Shown piece by piece: positions 18,396 to 27,823 of a stretch of DNA of 64,000 nt. The notes beneath the pieces are model-generated. The model did no database searches, was not told where the DNA came from, and saw nothing but the letters and a program-made list of their open reading frames with translations. This DNA is from a virus (Duplodnaviria > Caudoviricetes): the IMG/VR virus record IMGVR_UViG_2880505610_000001, positions 1 through 64,000 of that record. One strand, given 5' to 3'. Within the stretch, counting starts at the first letter, position 1. Every line of letters begins with the position of its first letter. The translations under genes were made by a program, and so were the position numbers.

Positions 18396-18731
18396 ATGGT
18401 TGCCATCCACTGGCGATCCAACTCGCGAAGCCGGCACCTCACCGTCGGCGAAGGCCAGCCGTTCACTTCCCCGAAGGCACCCGCCTCGCTGGACTGGCAG
18501 GCCGACGCCCTGTGCCGTGAGGTCGGCACCGACCTCTTCTTCGAAGACGGGGATGGCCCGAGCCAGCAGCGCGCTGCCAAGGAAGTCTGCGCCGCCTGCC
18601 CGGTCCGTGACGCCTGCCTGCAGTGGGCGCTGACCTTCCCGGCCTTCGAGGACATGCACGGCGTGTTCGGCGGCACCAGTCCCCAGGACCGCCGCCGGAT
18701 CCGCAGCGAGCGTCAGGCGGTGGCGGCATGA
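18396..18731 (+). CDS. WhiB-family Fe-S transcription factor
   Basis: WQADALC...LFF...AKEVCAACPVRDACLQWAL...GVFGG. Confidence 0.95.
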   Translation: MVAIHWRSNSRSRHLTVGEGQPFTSPKAPASLDWQADALCREVGTDLFFEDGDGPSQQRAAKEVCAACPVRDACLQWALTFPAFEDMHGVFGGTSPQDRRRIRSERQAVAA

Positions 18732-20251
18732 TTCCCGACCTCAACTTCCCCAGCTGGTTCACCGGCCCCATCCCCTACCTGGCCACCGGAGGCGCCGTCC
18801 TCGGAACGTGCCTGGTCTCGGTCATCGTCATGGCTTACCGGGGCCGGCACGCCGCTCCCCGCCCCCTCAAGGCGAAGAAGCAGGAGGGGACGAAGGAGAA
18901 GGGCACGCTCGAGAACAAGCTGACCTTCCTCGTCGCCCTCATCATTGCCGGGGTCTGCGCGCAGGGGATGGGCAAGTTCTTCAAGGACAAGCTCGACTTC
19001 CCCCTCGAACTTGTGATCGTGGTCGGCGGAGTCCTTGAGCTCACGGCATTCACCTGCGCGCTCCGGGCCCGCCGCAACGTCCGCGACCCGAACATCGGCA
19101 AGGCCGGCATCGATGGCATCGCCGTGTGGGTCGTGACCGCCCTCTCTGGGGCGTTCGCTGCGATGGACGCCGACACGTTCGAGGTGGCGCTGTTCCGACT
19201 GATCATGCCGCTGCTGGCGGCGTGGCTGTGGGAGCGGGGCATGGCCATCGAGCGGCGCCGGGTCCGCGGTCGCAGCGCGATCCACTGGCGCGTCACGCCC
19301 GAGCGGGTCTTGGTGTGGCTGCGGATCGCTGAGCCCACCGGCCGGACCGCCAGCGAGGTCGACGCTCACCGCCGCCTCACCCGCGTCGCGAAGGCGGCAA
19401 AGAAGGTCCGGCGGCTCCGGAACACGGGCGCGTTCGCGTGGCGAGTTGAGCGCGCGGAGGCGCGCCTGGAGCGAGCGATGGGCAGTGCGGTCGCGCATGC
19501 CGGTCTCGCCTCGGACCCGGTCCGGCAGCGGAACCTGATCGCGCAGATCGGGTCCCTCTACAACGCGACCCAGCTCGCGGACCTGACCCCGGACGCGCCG
19601 TGGGCGGAGTTCTCTTCTCCGGCCCAGCGGACCTGGTTTGAAGCGCAGGGTCTTTCGTTCATGCCAGCGCAGTCCCTCCCCCAGGTCCAGGTCCGAGCGG
19701 AGGTCGAACCGCCTGCGCAGTGGGCGCTCTCGGGCCCTTCAATCTCCGCTGACAACGGGTCCGCGAAGCAGGTCTCCGGACCGGTCTCGGACCTGCCGGA
19801 CCAGGTCCGGGTTTCAGTGGCAGACCGGTCTGTGAATGGGTCTCGGACCCAGGTCTCGGACTGGTCCGGCAATGGGTCCGAGACCGGTCCCGAGTCTGGG
19901 TCTACCCAGGCTTCTCGGACCCAGGTCTCGGACCGGTCCGCGAGGCAGGTCCCGGACCCGCAGGTCCGAGAGGTCTCGGACCCGAAGGCGAGCCCGGCGG
20001 CAGACCGGTCCCCGGACCAGGTCCCGGACCCGGCCAAGCAGACCCGGCCTCGCAGGAGGCGGACCCGCAGCAAGACGAGGAAGCCCATCGAGCGCTTGGA
20101 CGAGGCCATTGCCGCCGACAAGGCGTACCTCGCTGACCACGGCCGGCACATCCCTGCCGAAAAGCTCGCGAAGGCACTGAGCATCGGCAAGCCCGCTGCC
20201 CTGGAGCTGGTGAAGCAGGTCCGCGGCGGCCACATCGACCTGGCGAAGTGA
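18728..20251 (+). CDS. Spd-like multi-pass membrane protein with repeat linker and C-terminal HTH
   Basis: About five hydrophobic helices, QVSD repeats, IPAEKLAKALSIGKPAALELV. Confidence 0.7.
   Translation: MIPDLNFPSWFTGPIPYLATGGAVLGTCLVSVIVMAYRGRHAAPRPLKAKKQEGTKEKGTLENKLTFLVALIIAGVCAQGMGKFFKDKLDFPLELVIVVGGVLELTAFTCALRARRNVRDPNIGKAGIDGIAVWVVTALSGAFAAMDADTFEVALFRLIMPLLAAWLWERGMAIERRRVRGRSAIHWRVTPERVLVWLRIAEPTGRTASEVDAHRRLTRVAKAAKKVRRLRNTGAFAWRVERAEARLERAMGSAVAHAGLASDPVRQRNLIAQIGSLYNATQLADLTPDAPWAEFSSPAQRTWFEAQGLSFMPAQSLPQVQVRAEVEPPAQWALSGPSISADNGSAKQVSGPVSDLPDQVRVSVADRSVNGSRTQVSDWSGNGSETGPESGSTQASRTQVSDRSARQVPDPQVREVSDPKASPAADRSPDQVPDPAKQTRPRRRRTRSKTRKPIERLDEAIAADKAYLADHGRHIPAEKLAKALSIGKPAALELVKQVRGGHIDLAK
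19771..20030. repeat. GGTC-N3-GACC repeat array within Spd-like gene
   Basis: GGTCTCGGACC at 19783, 19839, 19924, 19972; inverted copy 19875; variants at 19771, 19852, 19948, 20007, 20020. Confidence 0.8.
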
Positions 20252-20631
20252 GGTCAGACATGTCCTTCGACCACCACAAGCTGCTGCAGGACCTCGGGGC
20301 CGCGTTGGAAACCGAGGAGTCCGGCGAGGTCACCATCCGCTGGTGGACCACTGGTGGACGCCGTTACGCCGAGATCAAGCGGGTCGAGAGCTGGAAGCCG
20401 GACCTGCCCAGTGGGGCGACGAGAAGGTCTGACGAGGTCCAGCAGGTCCTGGACCTGATCGACCGGCATGGCTACGACGCGGTCAAGCTCGCGATGGTCC
20501 GCCAGGTCCTGGGGTTCAAGAAGACCACCGCCCACTACCGGCTCGCCGAAGCCCGCCGCATCGCAGCGCTCGCCACCAGCAAAGGGGCGCCTGGCCGAAA
20601 CAGCCGCGCTTCCCGTCCGAAAGGGGTCTGA
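20248..20631 (+). CDS. hypothetical protein with C-terminal HTH-like segment
   Basis: VRQVLGFKKTTAHYRLAEAR; coupled. Confidence 0.6.
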   Translation: MRSDMSFDHHKLLQDLGAALETEESGEVTIRWWTTGGRRYAEIKRVESWKPDLPSGATRRSDEVQQVLDLIDRHGYDAVKLAMVRQVLGFKKTTAHYRLAEARRIAALATSKGAPGRNSRASRPKGV

Positions 20632-20634
20632 CCG

Positions 20635-20835
20635 ATGAGTGATGAGCGTCTGATGTCGAAGCCAGGACTGCTGCTCGCGGCGATCTATCTGGTGGCCGGG
20701 TTCGTGTTCATGGTCGTCCTCAGCGAGGTCGCCCGGCGGGTCGGAGCGCCGGCCGGGGCCGCAATCGGCGGGGCCGTTCTGGCCGCTGCCGCGGGGGCCA
20801 GGGCCGCGGTTCTGCGGTCGAGAACAAGCCGATGA
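20635..20835 (+). CDS. small membrane protein
   Basis: Two hydrophobic segments. Confidence 0.55.
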   Translation: MSDERLMSKPGLLLAAIYLVAGFVFMVVLSEVARRVGAPAGAAIGGAVLAAAAGARAAVLRSRTSR

Positions 20836-20948
20836 CGAACTGTCTGTGGGCGGTCACCGAGACGGGCCGCAAGCCCTTGGGGGAGCCCCAACGTGCGAGT
20901 GCACACGGACACGTACACACGTACGCACGCGCGAGAGGAAGCATACAC

Positions 20949-21197
20949 ATGCCTGCGAGTCTTCGCGACAAGGCAGCCAACCGGGCCAGCTTGTACCGCC
21001 GATCGATCGCCGAGAAGCAGGCGGCCGGTGACTTCAAGGGTGCTTTGCATGAGGCGAATCGGTGGCTGCTGGAGGAGCTGGCGAAGGTGCGCCGGCAGCG
21101 TCCGCATGAGGCTGCGGCGGTTGATGCGGAGCTGACCGAAAAGCTCGCGCAGCTCGCTGAGGCGGTGCCCTTTTTCCGGCCGGCGAGGAAGGGGTGA
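20949..21197 (+). CDS. hypothetical protein
   Basis: GAGGA RBS before MPASLRDK; helical. Confidence 0.6.
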   Translation: MPASLRDKAANRASLYRRSIAEKQAAGDFKGALHEANRWLLEELAKVRRQRPHEAAAVDAELTEKLAQLAEAVPFFRPARKG

Positions 21198-21200
21198 CCG

Positions 21201-21779
21201 GTGTCTTCGCTGCCTGACGTCAGTCTCGGTGGCGCCCCGGGCCCAGCCCTGGACGCTCCGGTTCCGACTGAGGAGCTCGATGCTCGCCCCGCAGCGGCTG
21301 CCGCGGCGCCGCAGGAGCGCCCGGCCACCGAAGAGGCCCCGCTGGACCTGTGGGACGAGGAGGCGGAGACGACCAAGGTCTTGCCCGCCCCGGCCGGCGA
21401 GGTCGTCAAGCTTCCCGACAGCGACCTGGACGGCGACCGGATCAATGCGGCCGAGCGTGCCCTGGTCCTGGTCCGGCACTGGTCCAAGCACACGCTGCAG
21501 GAGGTCCAGCAGTCCACGACCCGGCCCGGCGGGATCTACGCCGCCCAGCCCGAGTCGTTCGCGCAGTACCGCGCGTACGTGGCGTCGCGGGCGTGGCTGC
21601 CCGAGGGCTACGACGGCCGGTGGCTGACCTGGATCACGGTGGCCTACTACAACTCCCTCGGCTGGGCCGGCGTTGCCGCTGGCCGCGGCCTGGCCTGGCT
21701 GTTCTCGCGGATGCTCCGCTTCAACGTCGCGGTCATGGTGACCGCGGTCAGCGTCACCCTGTGGCGCGTCTTCGGATGA
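21201..21779 (+). CDS. membrane protein of transfer region
   Basis: C-terminal TM helices. Confidence 0.7.
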   Translation: MSSLPDVSLGGAPGPALDAPVPTEELDARPAAAAAAPQERPATEEAPLDLWDEEAETTKVLPAPAGEVVKLPDSDLDGDRINAAERALVLVRHWSKHTLQEVQQSTTRPGGIYAAQPESFAQYRAYVASRAWLPEGYDGRWLTWITVAYYNSLGWAGVAAGRGLAWLFSRMLRFNVAVMVTAVSVTLWRVFG

Positions 21780-21801
21780 TCACGAAAGGAGTTCGATCGA
21801 A

Positions 21802-22191
21802 ATGAGTATCGCTGGGGCAGTCGTCCTGGGCGTCATCGCCCTCGCCCTTCACCTGAAGCACCGCCTGCCGAGGTTCGTCGCGTGGCTCGTGCTGTTCGTC
21901 GGGCTGGGAGCCGCTTCCACCGTCTCCGGCTGGGTCGGTGGGCTCGACGGCATCAACCTCTACGGCGTCGGCCTGTTCACCATCGGCGCGATCTTCACGG
22001 CGGTCTTCTTCTGGGAGGAGGCCGTGAAGCGCAACGGGATGCACCGCACCCGCACCCCGCTCATCGCGTTTGCGTTCGGGATCTCCCTCGTGCTGGCCGG
22101 CGGCTCGTTCTTTCAGGCCGTCGAGCGGGCCCTGGACACCGCTGGTTCGAACGTCGACAAGGCCGTCGTCAACAACCTCAACGGCAAGTAG
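21802..22191 (+). CDS. Spd-like membrane protein
   Basis: AAGGAG RBS; four hydrophobic segments. Confidence 0.75.
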   Translation: MSIAGAVVLGVIALALHLKHRLPRFVAWLVLFVGLGAASTVSGWVGGLDGINLYGVGLFTIGAIFTAVFFWEEAVKRNGMHRTRTPLIAFAFGISLVLAGGSFFQAVERALDTAGSNVDKAVVNNLNGK

Positions 22192-22200
22192 GAGCTCCAC

Positions 22201-23388
22201 ATGGATCCGGTCAGTGCCCTGATCACCGCGTGCGCGCTCGCGTGGTTCGTCACGCGTGGTGCTGTGGACGCCGCCTCAGCGCAGGCCGGGCAGGAGGCTC
22301 GGGTTGCGGCGGCGGCGATCCAGGACGATCTGCGGCGCCGCCGTGAGGCGTGGGCGAAGCGTCTGGCCGACCGGGTGGCCGGTGGCAGGGCCGGTGGTCC
22401 TGCCACCGCGTTGTGGTGGGCGTGGGCGGCGGCGCGGACGGCCCAGGCGGTGCGCCGCGGGCTGCGCCGTGAGCCGCGGGCGGGGGAACGGGCCCGGGAA
22501 CTGCGTGGAGAGACGGGCCCGTTCCGCCGGATCTGGGACGCGGGCGTCAACGGCGCACGGTTCGCCCGGCAGGAGTCGCGGCGTCAGCGTCACACCGAGG
22601 AGCGTCACGCCCGGGTGCCGCTGGGTGTGTGTGGCCGCTGCGGAACTGTGGTCGCCCGCAGGTCCCTGGCTCCGGACCCTGCCGACGCTTCGGTGCTGGT
22701 GTGCGTGCTGTGCCGCGGCGCGGCCAAGCCCACCCAGCCCGACACCGAGAAGCCGGCCGGTCCAGCCCCGGAGCTGGTGGACGCGAAGGTGGTCGACGCC
22801 GATGCCACCGGCGACACGCCACGGCTGATCGACCCGCCACGGCCCGGCGGTGACAGTGCGCCTCCGCCTCCGCCGCCGGTCCTGCCCAGCCCGCCCGAAC
22901 CGCCCACCCCGGCGCCGGTCCCCGAAACTCCGCAGGTCCCGGCTGCACCTCAGCCTGCCGCGGTGCCTGCGGCGAACACCCGAGAGATCGAAGAAGGAGA
23001 GCCCATGCCACCTCGGCAGCCCGGCCAGATCGTTCCGCGCCGTCACCACGCGCCCAGCCGCACCGCAGGCCACGCCCCGGCGCGTGCCAACGGAGGCGAG
23101 TCCTACACCCACGGCCAGTGGAACCGTGCCGTGGCCGACATCCACAAGCAGCTCGACGCGCTCCCTGCCGCGCTGGAGTTGATGCTGCGCCGGCTCACCG
23201 TCGCCGACGCTGGCCGCTCCCAGGTCCGCGGCGTCCTGCAGCTGCACGACGACATCGTCCAGTTCATGGGCCAGGTCACCGACATGCTCCGCGAGGTCAA
23301 CCGGATCGAGCAGCCCGTCCTGGCGGCGGTCGAGGCCGCTGGCGGCACCGAAGAGATCGCCGGCATCCCCTACCTGTCCGACGTCTAG
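22201..23388 (+). CDS. transfer-region protein: N-terminal anchor, CxxC pair, Pro-rich linker, helical-hairpin domain
   Basis: CGRC..CVLC; C-terminal YTHGQW...AGRSQ...AGGTEEIA. Confidence 0.75.
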   Translation: MDPVSALITACALAWFVTRGAVDAASAQAGQEARVAAAAIQDDLRRRREAWAKRLADRVAGGRAGGPATALWWAWAAARTAQAVRRGLRREPRAGERARELRGETGPFRRIWDAGVNGARFARQESRRQRHTEERHARVPLGVCGRCGTVVARRSLAPDPADASVLVCVLCRGAAKPTQPDTEKPAGPAPELVDAKVVDADATGDTPRLIDPPRPGGDSAPPPPPPVLPSPPEPPTPAPVPETPQVPAAPQPAAVPAANTREIEEGEPMPPRQPGQIVPRRHHAPSRTAGHAPARANGGESYTHGQWNRAVADIHKQLDALPAALELMLRRLTVADAGRSQVRGVLQLHDDIVQFMGQVTDMLREVNRIEQPVLAAVEAAGGTEEIAGIPYLSDV

Positions 23389-23403
23389 ACCGAAAGGGCC
23401 CCA

Positions 23404-23757
23404 GTGATGAGCACTCCCACGAACCTGCCCGTGCCGTCCTCACCGTCGTCCCCGTCCGCCGGGGCCGGCTACACCCACCGGACGTGGCTGGACGAGATGG
23501 CCGAGGTCCTGATGACCGTCGCGACCATCTACAAGGGCCTCGAGGTCATGGACGCAACCCTCCACGAGGTGAAGGCGGGCCGTACCCAGCTGAACCTCGT
23601 CGATGAATCCAGGGCGACGGCGCTGGAGCTGATGACCCGAGGCGTGCGGTTCACCGAGGACACCGACGCCCGCTACATGCAGGTGTTCGAGGCGATCCAG
23701 CAAGCCGGTGGCCAGCAGGAAGTCGCCCAGGACAAGCGGTACCACGACCGCGACTAG
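23404..23757 (+). CDS. helical-hairpin protein paralogous to upstream C-terminal domain
   Basis: YTHRTW...AGRTQ...AGGQQEVAQDKRYH. Confidence 0.8.
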   Translation: MMSTPTNLPVPSSPSSPSAGAGYTHRTWLDEMAEVLMTVATIYKGLEVMDATLHEVKAGRTQLNLVDESRATALELMTRGVRFTEDTDARYMQVFEAIQQAGGQQEVAQDKRYHDRD

Positions 23758-23803
23758 CCGGGCAGCCGAAGTCCCGAGCAACCACGAGAGAAGGGAGGGG
23801 ACG

Positions 23804-24364
23804 GTGCGCATCCTGGCCGCCGTAGACCGCATGTACCAGACGCTCGCCTCAGCCGACGCCCCGCTACGCCAGCTGAAGGGTGTGACCCAGTGGCGGGCCG
23901 ACATCGCCGCGGCGGTGCGGGCGTCCGCAGTGTGCGCCGCCCCTCCCGGCATGCACATCGAGGACCGGCCCCAGTTGACCGCCCGCGGCTGGCGGCGCCC
24001 GGCCCGGGTGGGGTTCTTGCACGGGACGGCGACTCACCGGGCGTGGGTCGACCTGGTCGAGGCGATCGTGGCCTGCCTGCTGGAGCAGGAGGCCGCCGCC
24101 GACGACCTGCATGAGACGGCGATCGGTGCCGCGGCCCGTGCTCGGGTGTTGCAGCAGCCCGGCCAGTACGCCGCAGCGGCAGCCCGCGCGAACGCCGCTC
24201 TGAAGTGGCGTGATGCTGCCGGCCAAGCAGCCGCCGCAGGCGTGGCCCTGCTGACCACCGAGAACAAGATCATGCGGCCGGTCGGTGAGGCGATCGCCTC
24301 CGTCGGTGCCGCAGAAGTCGCCAAGGACAAGCACTACCACGCACGGCACACGGGGAGGCGATGA
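23804..24364 (+). CDS. third paralogue of helical-hairpin domain
   Basis: ATHRAW...PVGEAIASVGAAEVAKDKHYH; ATGA overlap with FtsK gene. Confidence 0.7.
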   Translation: MRILAAVDRMYQTLASADAPLRQLKGVTQWRADIAAAVRASAVCAAPPGMHIEDRPQLTARGWRRPARVGFLHGTATHRAWVDLVEAIVACLLEQEAAADDLHETAIGAAARARVLQQPGQYAAAAARANAALKWRDAAGQAAAAGVALLTTENKIMRPVGEAIASVGAAEVAKDKHYHARHTGRR

Positions 24365-26490
24365 TGGACGCCGGTAAGGCCACACACACCACGGCGGTCC
24401 CTGAGGTCACGGGAGCCCCTCACGGCGCCACAGCGGCCTTCTCAGAGGCCATCAACACCTCCCTCAGCCCTGCCGAGGCTCAGCCTCCGCTAGAGGCTCC
24501 TGAGCCCGTTCAGCGCCCCAACGCGCTGCGGGTGATCCTCGCGTCGAACTCGCCCGCCCTCACGCCGTGGCGCTGGATGGCCGCCACCGACATCACCGCC
24601 CTCACCGCCCACTACGCCACCCCCAGCCTGTGGTGGGCCGCGCTCACCGCCGCCGGCGCTTCCGCCGCCGCCGCCGGATGGGCGACGTGGCGGACCCGAG
24701 AAGCCCGCCTCGCCAAGACCATCAAGACCGCCCGGACCCGCCACAAGGTCCGCACCAACGCCAAGATCGCCGTAGCCGCAGGATCGACGTGGATGCTGGT
24801 CGGATCGGTCTGGACCCCGATCGGCCCGCGCGCCGGGATGCAGCTCGCGCTGCTGGGCGGCGGCCTGGCGATCGCCGCGCCGCACCTGTACCGCAACCGC
24901 CGCCGCGACAGCACGCTCGAGCTGGCCGAGCCGGTCGCCGAACTCGCACCGCCGGCCGAAGACCCTCGCCTCACCCGGTTCCGGGACCACTTCTGCGTGC
25001 AGGGCACCCTCGCCGGCGCGCGCCTCCACGACTTCGAGAAGGTGCCGGGCGGCTTCCGGTTCCACACCGAACTGCCGCTCAACAGGCGTGTGACGTTCAA
25101 CCACGTCAAGCAGCTCGAGGACGAGATCGCCGCGCTGTACGACGTTCCCTACGACCAGGTGTCGGTCGAGCCTCCCGAGTCCCGCAGCGCCCGCCGGGCG
25201 GTCGTCACCGTCCTGACGGCGACGAAAGCCCACGAACGCGAAGAGCCCTGGGACGGCACCTCCACCTACGACCCGGACGCAGGCACCTTCAACCTTGGCC
25301 GCTACGCCGACTCAACCCGGTCACGCTGGCAGATCCACGCCCCCTACTCCGGAGCCTGCAGCGGCATCGTCGTCGGCGTTCAGGGGTCCGGGAAGACCGG
25401 CACCCTGCATGTCGTCGCGTCCGAGATCGGTCAGGCGAAACTGTGCGTCGAGTGCCTTGCTGCGCAGTCCTGCCCCCAGTGCACGCCCCGCCGCTTCTCG
25501 GCACTGTGGATGGGCGACCCGCAGCAGCAGCCATTCGCGGTCTGGCGGGGCCGCGCCGACGTCACCGCCTGGGGCCCGATCTCCTGCGTGCGGATGCTGT
25601 CGTGGATGCACGCAGCCATGCGGCACCGCTCAGACTTCTTCGGCCGCATGGAGTGGACCGATCACCTCGGCCGCAGCAACACCGGCAAGGGCTGGTTCGA
25701 CCCCACCCCCCAGTTCCCCCAGATCACCGGCGTGATCGACGAGTGGCCGGTCATCTCCTCCGACCCGGACCTGGGCCCCTACGCCGTCCAGTTCGCCCTG
25801 GACATCCTCCGCGAGGGACGCAAGGTCGGGTTCGGCCTCATCCTGGGCTCTCAGGAAGCCGACGTCGACGTCCTCGGCGACCGCGGGGTCCGCCAGTACC
25901 TGCGGGCGTTCAACGCGTGCGTGCACCGGTCGGATCGTCTCGCCAAGCAGATGCTCAGCATCGAAGGAAACCCCGAGGACCTTCCCGACGGCATCCACGG
26001 CGTCAGCTACCTCAAGAGCCTGGACCAGCGCAGCGGCATCGTCCAGAGGCCCAAACACCTCCGCGAGTACCTTCGCCCGGGAGAGAACGGCGTCGATGTC
26101 CGCGCGATCGCCGACCGCATCGCCGCCGACCCGATCACCTACGACGAGTCGATCATGCGCGCGATCGTCCCGCTCGGCTACGCCGGCCCAGGCCAGATCC
26201 TGTCGGACGACGACGGCGACTGGGACATCAGCAAGCTCATGCCCACGGCCGCCGAAGACGACGAGCACGACGTCACCGACACGACCGCAGGGCAGGCTGC
26301 GCCGGCGACCGCGGCCCCGTACGCCGCGGTCATCCACAAGGCCCTGCAGGACTCACCCAGCGCCGACGTGTTCGACCTCATGGAATCCACCGGCCTCAGC
26401 GCCCTGGAAGTCCACCGCGCTGTTGAAGCCCTCGTCATCGACGGCCACGCCGTCCGCCACACCGACGGCAACTACGCCGCCCGCATCTAA
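24361..26490 (+). CDS. FtsK/SpoIIIE-family TraB-like DNA translocase
   Basis: N-terminal TM helices, Walker A GVQGSGKT, Walker B VIDEW, REGRKVG..LILGSQ, C-terminal wHTH. Confidence 0.85.
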   Translation: MMDAGKATHTTAVPEVTGAPHGATAAFSEAINTSLSPAEAQPPLEAPEPVQRPNALRVILASNSPALTPWRWMAATDITALTAHYATPSLWWAALTAAGASAAAAGWATWRTREARLAKTIKTARTRHKVRTNAKIAVAAGSTWMLVGSVWTPIGPRAGMQLALLGGGLAIAAPHLYRNRRRDSTLELAEPVAELAPPAEDPRLTRFRDHFCVQGTLAGARLHDFEKVPGGFRFHTELPLNRRVTFNHVKQLEDEIAALYDVPYDQVSVEPPESRSARRAVVTVLTATKAHEREEPWDGTSTYDPDAGTFNLGRYADSTRSRWQIHAPYSGACSGIVVGVQGSGKTGTLHVVASEIGQAKLCVECLAAQSCPQCTPRRFSALWMGDPQQQPFAVWRGRADVTAWGPISCVRMLSWMHAAMRHRSDFFGRMEWTDHLGRSNTGKGWFDPTPQFPQITGVIDEWPVISSDPDLGPYAVQFALDILREGRKVGFGLILGSQEADVDVLGDRGVRQYLRAFNACVHRSDRLAKQMLSIEGNPEDLPDGIHGVSYLKSLDQRSGIVQRPKHLREYLRPGENGVDVRAIADRIAADPITYDESIMRAIVPLGYAGPGQILSDDDGDWDISKLMPTAAEDDEHDVTDTTAGQAAPATAAPYAAVIHKALQDSPSADVFDLMESTGLSALEVHRAVEALVIDGHAVRHTDGNYAARI

Positions 26491-26498
26491 GGAACCTC

Positions 26499-26819
26499 AT
26501 GGCCTGGTGGACCCTATTCAGCAAGAACCAGCTGCCCGCGGGCAGTCCCGCCCGCGACACCGACCGTCTGGTCGCCATCGACTGCGCGCTACGGCTCACG
26601 CCCGCCTCCGTGCTCGACAGCGGAGCCTCTGAGGCCGGCGAGGTCACCTCGCGAGCTCGCAAGCTCGCGACGTGGCTCGCCGAAGCACGGGACGAAAGGG
26701 ACGCGCAGATCCGGCGGGTCCTGCTTCTCATGACCTGCGACAAAGCGCGCCCAGAGATCCCCTCAGACCGGCTCCTGTCGCTGGTCAAGGAACTCCACCA
26801 CTACGTCACCCGCAACTAA
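26499..26819 (+). CDS. hypothetical protein
   Basis: AAGGA RBS. Confidence 0.65.
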   Translation: MAWWTLFSKNQLPAGSPARDTDRLVAIDCALRLTPASVLDSGASEAGEVTSRARKLATWLAEARDERDAQIRRVLLLMTCDKARPEIPSDRLLSLVKELHHYVTRN

Positions 26820-26845
26820 CCCCCCACGACACCAGAGGAGTCACG

Positions 26846-27100
26846 ATGACTGCCGCTTGGGACCTGATCGAGTTCGACCTGCTGCGGGCCTTGCAGCTCC
26901 CTCGTACGACCCGCGAGGTCACCACCTTGACCGCGCTGCCGCCGGACACTGCGAAGTCCCAGCTCGAGGCGCTCCGCAACCGGGGCCTGCTGATCAGCAC
27001 CATCGAGCGCGGTGTCCGCTTCCAACTCACCCTGGCCGGCCGTCGGCACCTCATCGCGTTGGCCGCCTCCACACACACGCCCCACGCACAGGCGGCCTGA
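26846..27100 (+). CDS. winged-HTH protein
   Basis: TAKSQLEALRNRGLL...FQLTLAGR; GAGGAG RBS. Confidence 0.7.
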   Translation: MTAAWDLIEFDLLRALQLPRTTREVTTLTALPPDTAKSQLEALRNRGLLISTIERGVRFQLTLAGRRHLIALAASTHTPHAQAA

Positions 27101-27167
27101 CCGGAACACCACCCCGTCTCCGGCCGCCCGGCCGCGAAGCAACCACCCACCCAGAAGGAGCAACGCA

Positions 27168-27380
27168 GTGCAGTACGAGATCGACTTCCAGCCCGACGAC
27201 GGCCGCAAACAGACCCTGTACGCCGACCTCACCCAACAGCAGGCCGACGACATCCAGAAAGCCATCGACAGCAAGGACGCCGCCGACACCGTCCTGCGCA
27301 TCCCGTCCCGCGTCGCCAAAAACAGCCCCACCCACTCGTGGCTGTTCCGCGCCAGCCGCATCAGCCTGCGCAAGGCGTGA
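27168..27380 (+). CDS. hypothetical protein
   Basis: AAGGAG RBS before GTG. Confidence 0.7.
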   Translation: MQYEIDFQPDDGRKQTLYADLTQQQADDIQKAIDSKDAADTVLRIPSRVAKNSPTHSWLFRASRISLRKA

Positions 27381-27383
27381 GCT

Positions 27384-27506
27384 GTGGCAGGCAAGAAGTG
27401 CACTGCGTGCAACGACACCAAGGTCATCGGATACAGCCGCCGTCTTGACCCGCTCACCGGCAGGCCCGTCTCCACGACCCCGATTCCGTGCAGGAGCTGC
27501 AAGTGA
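27384..27506 (+). CDS. 40-aa zinc-finger microprotein (absent from ORF track)
   Basis: MAGKKCTACNDTKVIGYSRRLDPLTGRPVSTTPIPCRSCK; stop overlaps MazG start (GTGA). Confidence 0.65.
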   Translation: MAGKKCTACNDTKVIGYSRRLDPLTGRPVSTTPIPCRSCK

Positions 27507-27823
27507 CGACAACACGTGCCCTACAGCAGGACATCGTGGCGCACAAGCGCCGCAAGGGGTTCAACACCACCTCCCACGACCGCGAGGTCCTCCTGGCGAT
27601 GCGGGAGCTCGGCGAACTCCACGAGGCCCTCGACCACAACCGGCGCGACGAGATCGGCGGAGAACTCGCCGACGTCGCCATCTACCTCCTCACCATCGCC
27701 GAGATGCACGGCCTCGACCTGGGCGAGGAGGTCGTCCGGAAGATGCAGGTCAACAAGGCCCGCCGGTACGAGCCGGACGAGAGCGGCACCCTGATCCGCG
27801 TCAAGAACCCGGTGCAGTCATGA
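27503..27823 (+). CDS. MazG-like nucleotide pyrophosphohydrolase
   Basis: ELGELHEA...ELADVAIYLLTIAEMHGLDL...KMQVNKARRY. Confidence 0.9.
   Translation: MTTTRALQQDIVAHKRRKGFNTTSHDREVLLAMRELGELHEALDHNRRDEIGGELADVAIYLLTIAEMHGLDLGEEVVRKMQVNKARRYEPDESGTLIRVKNPVQS

Larger units (their letters stand above)
15971..26490 (+). mobile_element. Actinomycete plasmid/AICE-type transfer region
   Basis: Co-oriented operon: excisionase-like HTH, WhiB, Spd-like membrane proteins, FtsK/SpoIIIE TraB-like ATPase. Confidence 0.8.

Noticed and set aside
24567-26426. 619-aa alternative-frame ORF
   Set aside because: Arg/Pro-rich shadow frame of the FtsK gene, typical of high-GC DNA
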